A stretch of 64,000 nt of DNA, from positions 152,499 through 216,498 of IMG/VR virus record IMGVR_UViG_3300010334_000023; one strand, 5' to 3'. A program made the position numbers and the translations under genes. The notes beneath the pieces were generated by a model. It was given only the letters and a program-made list of their open reading frames with translations. It had not been told where the DNA came from and ran no database searches. Positions 1-8,854 of this stretch are shown here, piece after piece (position 1 is the stretch's first letter; each line of letters opens with the position of its first letter).

Positions 1-2
1 AT

Positions 3-653
3 GCGGCAGACAGCAGCTGGAAGCTGGAGAACGAGTGGAAGTCCATATACATGACGCCCTATGAAGAGACTATCAAGCTGGACTGTGACATGCTGTTTTT
101 CACAGATCTCGGTAGGATCTGGGATCAGCTGAGCCAAAGAGATTTCGTGATATGTAACCAAGTGTTGAACTACAAGTCAGACGTAATAACCAGCGACGTC
201 TATCGCAAGGTATTCACAGACAACCAGCTACCAAATGTCTACACGGCATTCATGTATTTCAAGAAGACCACAGAGACACATGAGATATTTGACTTAGCTA
301 AGTTCGTTTTCAGGAACTGGGAAACCATGTTCCTGGAGACCATGAAACCAGAAAATCGGCCTAACTATGTCAGCACTGACGTGGTTTTTGCTCTGGTGCT
401 CAAGCTGTTGGACCTGGACCAACACTGCTATACAGCACGAGCAATACCTACCTTCACGCACATGAAGAGCCAACTGCAGGGATGGGGCACAGGTATCACA
501 GAAGACTGGACCAAGCACATGCCAGTGTTTTTCAATCCTAGATTGGAATGCAAGATAGGAAATCATCTGCAGTTCCATCCACTGCACTACCATATCAAGG
601 GATTCGTAACCGACGAGATATTGGAATATTATGAGCGAGCAGCAGGAAGATAA
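3..653 (+). CDS. Glycosyltransferase, GT-A/GT8-like (5'-truncated by window)
   Basis: Frame is open upstream of the listed ATG (AADSSWKLENEWKSIYMTPYEETIKLDCDMLF). The TPY-x2-TI-x-LD-x-DML DxD motif is typical of GT8-like enzymes. Confidence 0.65.
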   Translation, partial: AADSSWKLENEWKSIYMTPYEETIKLDCDMLFFTDLGRIWDQLSQRDFVICNQVLNYKSDVITSDVYRKVFTDNQLPNVYTAFMYFKKTTETHEIFDLAKFVFRNWETMFLETMKPENRPNYVSTDVVFALVLKLLDLDQHCYTARAIPTFTHMKSQLQGWGTGITEDWTKHMPVFFNPRLECKIGNHLQFHPLHYHIKGFVTDEILEYYERAAGR

Positions 654-1188
654 ACAGGCCTGGGTTTGGTATGACAGGGTTACCCTGCAGCTGAAGCATG
701 TGAGCTTCAATCTGAATGGTCACCAAGGCAATGATCTGGAAAAGATGCCGATGCACTATGACAGCGCATTGGACATCGCCAACGGCAAGAGCAGGCTTTT
801 TGAATACGAGCTGGTTGATGCGCAGGGAGAGCTAACTGTGCGTTACAAGAGGCACAAGATTCCTTTCAAGAAGTTCTGGCAACTGGTTGATCTCAATATA
901 GAGAACAAGTTTGATGGATATTTCAACGACGCTGAATCTGCTCGCAGTCCAGTGCAGATATCAGATCTTTCTCCTGCTGGCTTTACCGTTGGTGTGCGTG
1001 ATATGGTACGCAACATAGTGTTCTATATCACCATGAAGAACGATCCAAACTATCTCATCAAAAAGATCGATCTCTATCCACTTGCCGAGGATGCTGCTAG
1101 CACCACTGGTATCTTCGTGCCAGTTGATCTTGATGAGCCGTATAGCATATATGTGAAGTATGACGAAGTGAGGTACGATGCTACATGA
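631..1188 (+). CDS. Hypothetical protein
   Basis: 185 aa ORF overlapping both neighbours in a coupled operon; no recognised motif. Confidence 0.75.
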   Translation: MSEQQEDKQAWVWYDRVTLQLKHVSFNLNGHQGNDLEKMPMHYDSALDIANGKSRLFEYELVDAQGELTVRYKRHKIPFKKFWQLVDLNIENKFDGYFNDAESARSPVQISDLSPAGFTVGVRDMVRNIVFYITMKNDPNYLIKKIDLYPLAEDAASTTGIFVPVDLDEPYSIYVKYDEVRYDAT

Positions 1189-1189
1189 G

Positions 1190-2083
1190 ATGAACGAATT
1201 CGACTTTGTGTTCCTAAGCTATGATGAACCCAATGCCGAGATTCTCTATGCTGAGTTGGTGAACAAGGTACCGTGGGCCAAGCGAGTTCATGGTGTGCGC
1301 GGTTTTGACTCAGCACACAGGGCCTGTGCTGACATAGCTGATACTGATTTCTTCGTGACTGTGGACGGCGATAATCGCGTGCATGACAGCTTCCTCAACA
1401 CCAAGATAGAGATAAACAATGGGCAAGAAGACCATGCATGGACATGGGCAGGTCGCAATCACGTTAATGGTTTGGTCTATGGCAATGGTGGACTGAAGCT
1501 GTGGAGCAAACAGTTTGTGCGCAGCATGAACAGCCACGAGAACAGCAACAGTGATGCTGGCAAGGTTGACTTCTGTTGGAACATGAGATACCACGAAGTG
1601 TTTGGCACACACAGCACCAGCATGATCAATGCCAGCCCCTATCAGGCCTGGCGAGCTGGTTATCGCGAAGGCGTGAAGATGAGCCTAGAGACTGGACGCA
1701 AGGTTCCATATCAGGATTTTAGCAGGAAGATCTGGATCTATAATCTCCACAAGCTGCTGATCTGGTGCAGTGTTGGAGCTGACGTGGAGAACGGCATATG
1801 GAGCATGCTGGGTGCTAGGCAGGGCGCACACGACTGCAATCTCACAGATGACGATCACACCAAGATCAGTGACTATGGTTGGTTTGAAGAGAAATGGCAC
1901 AGCACCAAGGACTGTGATCCGCAAGCACAGTGCCTCATGCTAGGGCAGCTGCTGAGGCAGAAACTTGGCATAGAGATAGCTGACTTAGATGCTGATCAAA
2001 GCAGATTCCACAAGCGCATATACATAAATCCACCCAGGCCCATGGTCAGCTATGAGCAGATCAAACATCTATCGGCAGTCTGA
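1190..2083 (+). CDS. Phage GT-A-like glycosyltransferase, paralogue 1
   Basis: FLSYDEPN...KRVHGVRGFDSAH..CA...FVTVDGD (DxD); C-terminal AWRAGYREGVKM motif shared with three downstream paralogues. ATG 1190 follows the previous TGA by 1 nt. Confidence 0.65.
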   Translation: MNEFDFVFLSYDEPNAEILYAELVNKVPWAKRVHGVRGFDSAHRACADIADTDFFVTVDGDNRVHDSFLNTKIEINNGQEDHAWTWAGRNHVNGLVYGNGGLKLWSKQFVRSMNSHENSNSDAGKVDFCWNMRYHEVFGTHSTSMINASPYQAWRAGYREGVKMSLETGRKVPYQDFSRKIWIYNLHKLLIWCSVGADVENGIWSMLGARQGAHDCNLTDDDHTKISDYGWFEEKWHSTKDCDPQAQCLMLGQLLRQKLGIEIADLDADQSRFHKRIYINPPRPMVSYEQIKHLSAV

Positions 2084-3930
2084 TGTTTGACATCTTTTTC
2101 GTGAGCCGACATCCCAGCGATCGTTCACTTCACTCTGAGTTCTGCAGGCGTTTTCCGGCTGCTATGCTGCTGCGAGGTCAGGACAACGTCTGTGATGTGA
2201 TCAACTCTGCGAGGACTCGCAGCCTAACCAGCATGTATTGGTTGGTAACTGATGATGCGATTCTGCCAGATGAAATGGATCTAACTTGGAAACCAGAAAC
2301 CTGGGACAGCCACTATCCGCACCATTGGCCAACAGCAGACCAACTTGACGAGTCTGGTAAAGAATTCTCTGGGGCCTATCTCATGCCAAGGTCTTATAGA
2401 CCAACCGCTGAAGAGCTATCATCTGGCATACTGCGCGAAGTCAAACATATGACAGGTCATCTGACAGTCAGACCCTATGACATTGTCTTAGCCAGCCGGC
2501 ATAGCAAGAACTATCAGGCATTTGAGGATTTTGCTCTGCGATATCCCAAAGCCAACTATCTGCCAGACCAGACCAGCATTGAATCAGCAGTGGCTGAAAG
2601 CAAGGAGATCTGCCGTACACGCATGTATTGGTTGATCACCGATGATGTGTTCCTACCTGATGAGCTTGATCTCAGCTGGAGACCTCCGGTCTGGGATCGG
2701 ATCTATACACATGTTTGGCCAACGCAGCCTACTTCGGATCCGCAATCATGCGGGTCGTCTGGTGTTTACCTCATTCCATGCAGCGTTGAACGAGATTTCC
2801 TCGATCAGTGCAAGCATGTACCAGCTCCGAGCTGTTCAGTGATACCCTATGATCGCATCATGAGCCTCAGCACCACATCTGATCCCTGTGACAAGGTAGT
2901 GCATAACAACGATCTTTTTGATGCATGCGTACAAGCCAAGGAGCTAGCTGTCACGGAGATGCATTGGCTGGCGCTGGGAGACATAAACATATTGCCAGAT
3001 TTTGATCTCAGCTGGAGACCAGCAGAATGGGACCGTGACTATGTTCACATATGGCCAACCATAGGTCTGGACGGTCAGATAACCTATGAACAGGAAGGTA
3101 TCTATCTCATACCAGGTGATCACACGCCTCGAGCTTCTAGGTCTGGAAGCTATCTAGGTCGCAGCAAGACCATGGATCAGCCTGCTGCTATACAGCTGCC
3201 ATTTGACATATTCTTCATCAGCTACGACGAAAGCTATGCTGAAGAAAACTGGCAGGATCTGGTTGAGCGATATCCTAGGGCCAAGAGGGTCCATGGAATC
3301 AAGGGTATACACAACGCACATCGATGCTGCGCCGGTCAGTCGCGTACCAGCATGTTCTATACCGTTGATGCAGACACGGTGTGCAGTTCCGGCTGGGATT
3401 TCAGCTATCGTCCTCCAAGGCACGACAGGGATTATCTACATGTTTGGTACAGTGAGAATCCCGTGAATGGTCTCTGCTATGGCTGGGGCAGCATCAAGCT
3501 GTGGCCCAAGATGGCAGTGCTGGAGTTTGATCAAAACTGGTTGGATTTCACTACTACAGTGGGCAACATCAAGGTAATACCAGAGACCGTAGCCGAGACC
3601 AGATATAACAGGGATCAGCTCACTACTTGGCGCAGCGCCTTCCGTGAGAGCGTGAAGCTATGCCAGAACGTGGCCATGGGTGAAACTGGAGAAAGCCTGG
3701 ATAGGCTGCTGGTATGGCTGAACGCTGACAGTGCCGCAGACTGGTCTGATGACAGCAGGCAGGGTGCTGCCGATGGCCTGAGATTCTATCAGGAGTCGCA
3801 GGACTCGTCTGACACACCTCTGACACTGATCAATGATTTTGATTGGCTCGCAGATAGATTCAATAATCGCATTAGAGACCTGGACGACTTTGATCGAGAT
3901 GATCTGCTGGACCTGCTGGGAACGGATTGA
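2083..3930 (+). CDS. Multi-module GT-A-like protein, paralogue 2 (three degenerate modules plus one complete module)
   Basis: Repeated MYW-x2-(T/G)DD...DL(S/T)W-x-P-x2-WD-x2-Y-x-H-x-WP blocks; the last module has FFISYDE, KRVHG, VDAD and TWRSAFRE. Confidence 0.6.
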   Translation: MFDIFFVSRHPSDRSLHSEFCRRFPAAMLLRGQDNVCDVINSARTRSLTSMYWLVTDDAILPDEMDLTWKPETWDSHYPHHWPTADQLDESGKEFSGAYLMPRSYRPTAEELSSGILREVKHMTGHLTVRPYDIVLASRHSKNYQAFEDFALRYPKANYLPDQTSIESAVAESKEICRTRMYWLITDDVFLPDELDLSWRPPVWDRIYTHVWPTQPTSDPQSCGSSGVYLIPCSVERDFLDQCKHVPAPSCSVIPYDRIMSLSTTSDPCDKVVHNNDLFDACVQAKELAVTEMHWLALGDINILPDFDLSWRPAEWDRDYVHIWPTIGLDGQITYEQEGIYLIPGDHTPRASRSGSYLGRSKTMDQPAAIQLPFDIFFISYDESYAEENWQDLVERYPRAKRVHGIKGIHNAHRCCAGQSRTSMFYTVDADTVCSSGWDFSYRPPRHDRDYLHVWYSENPVNGLCYGWGSIKLWPKMAVLEFDQNWLDFTTTVGNIKVIPETVAETRYNRDQLTTWRSAFRESVKLCQNVAMGETGESLDRLLVWLNADSAADWSDDSRQGAADGLRFYQESQDSSDTPLTLINDFDWLADRFNNRIRDLDDFDRDDLLDLLGTD

Positions 3931-3931
3931 G

Positions 3932-4621
3932 ATGTATGACATAGTTTTTATCAGCTACGAAGAATCAAATGCTGCTGCTAATTGGCAGCTGCTCAAGGAC
4001 AGATTTCCTGCTGCCAAGAGGTTGCATGGCATCACAGGGCTTCATCAAGCACACATCACGGCTGCTAACATGGCCCAGACTGACATGTTTTATGTGGTAG
4101 ATGGTGATGCTGTGATTGAACCCGACTTTGTTTTTGACCACGTGGTTCCGGAACATCAACTGGATCATGTGCATGTGTTCCGTGCTAGGAATCCAATCAA
4201 TGACCTAGTCTACGGCTACGGTGCTGTAAAGCTACTGCCAGTGGCCGAGGTCAAGCGATTGGTGGAGAGAGACTTCAAACCGGACATGACCAGCAGCATC
4301 AATCGCAAGTACAAGATCATACATCAGCTATCAAATGTCACAGCGTTTAACACTGATCCCTACAACACTTGGCGCAGCGCTTTCAGAGAATGTGCCAAGC
4401 TGGCCAGCGGCGTCATAGATGGGCAGGTTAACATCGAGACAGAGCAGAGACTAGAGATTTGGTGCACCAAAGGCAGTGGCAGGGACTATGGCTATTGGTG
4501 TCTGCTTGGTGCGCAGGCCGGCAGGCAGTTTGGCCTGGACAGCCGAGGCACTGATCAGCTGATGAAGATCAACGATTGGACATGGCTTCGCCAGAGATAC
4601 GAGGAGAGCGGACTGAAATGA
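3932..4621 (+). CDS. Phage GT-A-like glycosyltransferase, paralogue 3
   Basis: MYDIVFISYEE...KRLHG...FYVVDGD...TWRSAFRECAKL. Start reassigned to ATG 3932, 1 nt after the previous stop. Confidence 0.65.
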   Translation: MYDIVFISYEESNAAANWQLLKDRFPAAKRLHGITGLHQAHITAANMAQTDMFYVVDGDAVIEPDFVFDHVVPEHQLDHVHVFRARNPINDLVYGYGAVKLLPVAEVKRLVERDFKPDMTSSINRKYKIIHQLSNVTAFNTDPYNTWRSAFRECAKLASGVIDGQVNIETEQRLEIWCTKGSGRDYGYWCLLGAQAGRQFGLDSRGTDQLMKINDWTWLRQRYEESGLK

Positions 4622-5487
4622 GCGAGTATTGGCCCAGAGATATAGATGCTTTCTACATCAGCTATGACGAACCAAACTGCGAAGACAACTGGGCCAGGGT
4701 GCTGGACATGCTACCTCAAGCCAAGCGCACGCACGGAGTCAAGGGATTTGATGCTGCACACAAGGCCTGTGCCGAGGCCAGCCAGACAGAGAGATTCCTC
4801 ACCATTGATGGTGATAACTGGCTGTTGGCTGACGGATTAGACACAAAGCTAGACGACACTGGAATGGAAGACGTGGTCTTCAGCTTCAAGAGCAGGAATG
4901 CGGTCAATGGTCTTGAATATGGTAACGGAGGTCTAAAATGCTGGCGCAGAGATGTGTTGCTGGCTAGCAACACACATGAGAGCAGCGACAACACAGACTT
5001 CTGCTGGGATCTGCGCTACTATCAAGTTGATGTGTTGAGCAGCATTGGCGTTAACAACGCCACGCCTTACCAGGCTTGGCGAGCCGGTTATCGCGAAGGC
5101 GTGAAGATGAGCTATGTGAATGGCAAACCCATGTCTGATCCAATCGCCGATCGCAAGCTGATAGCTCACAGTAACCATAGCAAGCTGCAGATATGGATGA
5201 CCTTGGGCAGGGACGTGACCAACGGAGCATGGGCCATGCTGGGAGCAAGGCAAGGCTTCTGCGATCTCTATAGCGGTACCATAGGCAACACTGTGATCAA
5301 TGACTATGATTGGTTCGCAGAGAAATGGAAGAAGATCCAACACCTCAACACAGATGCTGCGCTATCTCAGCATGCTCGCAGACTTCGAGACGAGTTTGAT
5401 TTTTTCGTTCCGGAACTTGATCAACTGACCAGCCAGTGGTTCAAGAAAACCTATGTGCATCCGCAGCGACGAGGTCTGATGCTATGA
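4618..5487 (+). CDS. Phage GT-A-like glycosyltransferase, paralogue 4
   Basis: FYISYDEPN...KRTHGVKGFDAAH...TIDGD...AWRAGYREGVKM; ATGA overlap at 4618-4621. Confidence 0.65.
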   Translation: MSEYWPRDIDAFYISYDEPNCEDNWARVLDMLPQAKRTHGVKGFDAAHKACAEASQTERFLTIDGDNWLLADGLDTKLDDTGMEDVVFSFKSRNAVNGLEYGNGGLKCWRRDVLLASNTHESSDNTDFCWDLRYYQVDVLSSIGVNNATPYQAWRAGYREGVKMSYVNGKPMSDPIADRKLIAHSNHSKLQIWMTLGRDVTNGAWAMLGARQGFCDLYSGTIGNTVINDYDWFAEKWKKIQHLNTDAALSQHARRLRDEFDFFVPELDQLTSQWFKKTYVHPQRRGLML

Positions 5488-6245
5488 TCAAGTCTCCTCC
5501 TAGGAGATTGATACGATCGCTGCTGGGACACCTAGACCAGGAGGGTCTGTCTCTGCCTCTGTTGCGGTTCATGCTAGGCAACTTTGACAGCTATGATGAT
5601 CACTTGGTCATGCTCAAGCAGGTCATGGCAGTGTCGCAGCTGGATACTGAGCTGGTTGGCAAAGATGCATGGAGCGAAGGTCAGCTGCTGAGCAAGCATT
5701 GGCTGTGCGAACAGCTATCAAACCTGGACAAGAACCTCGGAGAGATATGGATAGCCTGTGGATGGATAGGATCTCTGGCTTTGATGATCGACTGTTATAG
5801 ACCACATCTGCGTTTCAAGAGCCTGCGCAGCTTTGATATTGACAGTCGCTGCGCTGATCTAGCTGACGCGCTTAACAAGCGCATGCTGCTGGATGATTGG
5901 CGTTTCAAGGCCAGCACTGCTGACGTGAACGATCTCACCTACGATGACCACCTGTGGCTCACCAGCAGGTCACAGAATAGGACTGAGCGCATGGTTGGAA
6001 CCGCAGACACCGTGATCAATACCAGCTGTGAACATCTAGCTGATTTTGACTTTTGGTTTGGTCGCATACCAACCGGAAAGCTCGTGGTGCTTCAATGTAG
6101 CAATCACGACAGCTATGCCGGACATGTCAATCACATGGACAGCATGACTGAGCTGGCCATGAGAGCTCGATGCCGCCGCATCATGTACAAGGGCACGCTG
6201 GACTGCGGGCCCTACCAGCGCCACATGTTGATAGGAGTGAAATGA
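5484..6245 (+). CDS. SAM-dependent methyltransferase-like protein
   Basis: DAWSEGQLLSKHWL, IACGWIGSL (motif-I-like), RSFDID (acidic end of beta2), INTSCEH; ATGA-coupled. Confidence 0.55.
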   Translation: MIKSPPRRLIRSLLGHLDQEGLSLPLLRFMLGNFDSYDDHLVMLKQVMAVSQLDTELVGKDAWSEGQLLSKHWLCEQLSNLDKNLGEIWIACGWIGSLALMIDCYRPHLRFKSLRSFDIDSRCADLADALNKRMLLDDWRFKASTADVNDLTYDDHLWLTSRSQNRTERMVGTADTVINTSCEHLADFDFWFGRIPTGKLVVLQCSNHDSYAGHVNHMDSMTELAMRARCRRIMYKGTLDCGPYQRHMLIGVK

Positions 6246-7522
6246 ACATGCGATTGAACGACAAGGAACTGCTGGTCAAGATCAAGAACGATAACCGTTT
6301 GCTTGAATTTAGGCATCTACTGACAGCTGAGGACCGAGCAACATTTGCAGACGTGTACAAGTGGTCGCCTGCTCTCATCGGCATATTAGCCAGTGACCAT
6401 AGCTTCTTCGCACTGCTCAACAGGTTAAATCCAAACGATCGCAAAGCGATTGGGTTAGTCTGCGTTTGGTCTCCAGAGTTGATAGGAATATTGGCCAGCG
6501 ACCAGAGCGGAATCTTTGCGCTGCTGAAAAGGTTAGATCAGACCGATCGCAAAGCGGTTGGGTCAGTCTGTGCTTGGTCTCCGGAGTTGATAGGAATATT
6601 AGCCAGCGATTACAGCATCTTTGTGCTGCTTAACAAGCTAGATCAGACCGATCGCAGAGCTCTAGCGTCAGTCTGTGATTGGTCTTCCGCACTAATTGGT
6701 ATCATGACCAAGAACGAACATGCACCGCTATCTTGGTTGAATAAGCTCAGCCGAAGCGAACTTGATGGTTGCCGAGATGTCTGGAACTGGCCCATTTATA
6801 TTCTAGACAGGCTCTATGTTGAACCTCAGCACATCTTGCCCTTCTATTACATGTGGGACCTAGTTGCTGATCATGCCGAGTTCATCAAGAACTATTTCCA
6901 AATAAACGATAACCAACTATATGACAAAAACCACATGATAGATGCTTGGTCGCGAGGACAGGTCAACAGCAAGGCTTGGCTATGCGCCACGGCTGCTATA
7001 CTTGGCATCAAACTTGGCAAAACCTGGGTACTCTGCGGATGGCTAGGAACGTTGAGCTATTTTATGTTGGTACGTAGGCAACAGCTGGGAATCACACACA
7101 TACGTAGCTTTGACATAAACCCCGATTGCTGCCAACTAGCTGATATACTAAACAAGAATTTTGTCAAGGATGGGTGGAAGTTCAAAGCCACAACACTTGA
7201 TGTCAACAGTCTGTCATATGACAATTTTTGTTATCAGACAGTGAAGCACGACGGTACCTTGATAAATGCTCTCGGATCAGCTGATACCATCATTAACACC
7301 AGCTGCGATCACATGGGAGAAGATAAGACCTGGTGGGATCGCATACCAAATGGTAAGTTGGTAATACTACAGAACAATGATTGGCATGAGAATGACCAAC
7401 ACAACAATAGCGTGAAGGATTTAAGTGAGTTCAAGAGACATTATCCAATGAGCGAATTGCTTTATGAAGGGGAACTAGACTGTATATTGTATACGAGATT
7501 CATGCTCATAGGACGCAAATGA
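6242..7522 (+). CDS. SAM-dependent methyltransferase-like paralogue with an N-terminal tandem-repeat domain
   Basis: C-terminal half has DAWSRGQVNSKAWL, LCGWLGTL, RSFDIN and INTSCDH, like 5484-6245. N-terminal half has 35/36-aa repeats. Confidence 0.6.
   Translation: MNMRLNDKELLVKIKNDNRLLEFRHLLTAEDRATFADVYKWSPALIGILASDHSFFALLNRLNPNDRKAIGLVCVWSPELIGILASDQSGIFALLKRLDQTDRKAVGSVCAWSPELIGILASDYSIFVLLNKLDQTDRRALASVCDWSSALIGIMTKNEHAPLSWLNKLSRSELDGCRDVWNWPIYILDRLYVEPQHILPFYYMWDLVADHAEFIKNYFQINDNQLYDKNHMIDAWSRGQVNSKAWLCATAAILGIKLGKTWVLCGWLGTLSYFMLVRRQQLGITHIRSFDINPDCCQLADILNKNFVKDGWKFKATTLDVNSLSYDNFCYQTVKHDGTLINALGSADTIINTSCDHMGEDKTWWDRIPNGKLVILQNNDWHENDQHNNSVKDLSEFKRHYPMSELLYEGELDCILYTRFMLIGRK
6362..6790 (+). 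repeat. Four in-frame 105/108-bp tandem repeats (WSPxLIGILASDxSxFxLLxxLxxxDRxAxxxVCx)
   Basis: Trp codons at 6362, 6467, 6575, 6680 and 6788. Near-identical DNA tggtctcc(a/g)gagttgataggaatatt(g/a)gccagcga at 6467 and 6575. Confidence 0.9.
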
Positions 7523-7764
7523 TCACAGACCTAACTCTGCTATCAACAAGACAGCTGCAGACCGAAGCAGCTCGTGCCCTGTCAGCTGGTGATGGTTTTG
7601 GGAATCATGACTTGGTGAGATTCAACAAGGCAGCACATCATGACAGCCATGCTTGGTATCGCGCGGTGATAGAATGGTACGTGAGCGTTCACGGTGATCT
7701 GCCCAGCAGGGTTGGTCCAGGCATGACAGTGAAGCTGCTGGTGGAGGATGAACATGATCTATGA
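7519..7764 (+). CDS. Hypothetical protein
   Basis: 81 aa, ATGA-coupled to the upstream gene. Confidence 0.7.
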   Translation: MITDLTLLSTRQLQTEAARALSAGDGFGNHDLVRFNKAAHHDSHAWYRAVIEWYVSVHGDLPSRVGPGMTVKLLVEDEHDL

Positions 7765-8854
7765 TTACTCTGAGATTACTAGCGTGCACCTCGAACTTAC
7801 CAGCAAGTGCAATGCCAGCTGTCCCATGTGCGCACGCAACAAGTTTGGCGGGCCAGAGAATGAGTTCCTGCCTCAAGCAGAACTGAGCCTGACTGATATA
7901 CAGCGCATCATGCCCGAGGCATTCGTGAGGCAGCTGAGCAGGCTCTACATGTGCGGCAACTATGGAGATCCCATCGTGGCCAATGACATGCTGGAAGTCT
8001 ATCAGTGGCTGCGCAAGGTCAATCCCAGCATCAAGCTGGGACTGCACACCAATGGTGGTGCCAGGACTCCCACATGGTGGAGCAATCTGGGCATTGTGCT
8101 CAGTGCCAAGGGCGATTACGTGAAGTTTGGCATAGATGGCTTGGAGGATACCAACCACATCTATAGGCGCGGTACCAACTGGTCCAAGATCATGGACAAT
8201 GCCAAGGCCTTCATAGCTGCAGGCGGTATTGCCCAGTGGGAATACATCGTGTTCAAGCACAACGAACATCAGGTGGATGAAGCCCGTGCGCTGAGCGAGC
8301 AGCTGGGCTTCGCACAGTTCCGCACCAAGAAGACAGGTCGCTTCTTCAGCAACACTAGGTTACAAGGCAAGGACAGCCAAGAGGTATGGAACCGCAATGG
8401 CATGGTGGAGTATCTCTTGGAGAAACCAACCAACGAGCTCTATCACAATGACAGCTTGATCAAGGAACAGAGCCTGGTGGACCGCTTTGGCAGCATGCAG
8501 GCCTACGTGGATCAAACCTGCGTGAAGTGCAAGGTTGGCGAGGAAAAGAGCCTGTACATCTCAGCAGAAGGTCTGGCATTTCCTTGCTGTTGGACGGCTA
8601 ACCAGCTGTATGTTTGGTATTGGCCCCACAAGCAGAGCGAGATGTGGACGCTGCTGGATCATGACACTCACAACGTGAACGCCCTGGAAAACACACTAGA
8701 ATCTATAATAAATGGTCCATATTTCAATAAGATAGCTGATAGCTGGTCAAAACCCAGCATCAGTGATGGCAAGCTGAGAGTATGTGCCAAAACCTGCGGA
8801 ACTGGGTTCGATCAGTTCGCTAGCCAATTCACGGAAGCTGTAAATAGATCATGA
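7748..8854 (+). CDS. Radical SAM protein with C-terminal SPASM/twitch-like Cys cluster
   Basis: CNASCPMC (CX3CX2C), MCGNYGDP, HTNGG, FGIDGL; C-terminal C...LYISAEGLAFPCCW...C-x2-TCG. Confidence 0.9.
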   Translation: MNMIYDYSEITSVHLELTSKCNASCPMCARNKFGGPENEFLPQAELSLTDIQRIMPEAFVRQLSRLYMCGNYGDPIVANDMLEVYQWLRKVNPSIKLGLHTNGGARTPTWWSNLGIVLSAKGDYVKFGIDGLEDTNHIYRRGTNWSKIMDNAKAFIAAGGIAQWEYIVFKHNEHQVDEARALSEQLGFAQFRTKKTGRFFSNTRLQGKDSQEVWNRNGMVEYLLEKPTNELYHNDSLIKEQSLVDRFGSMQAYVDQTCVKCKVGEEKSLYISAEGLAFPCCWTANQLYVWYWPHKQSEMWTLLDHDTHNVNALENTLESIINGPYFNKIADSWSKPSISDGKLRVCAKTCGTGFDQFASQFTEAVNRS

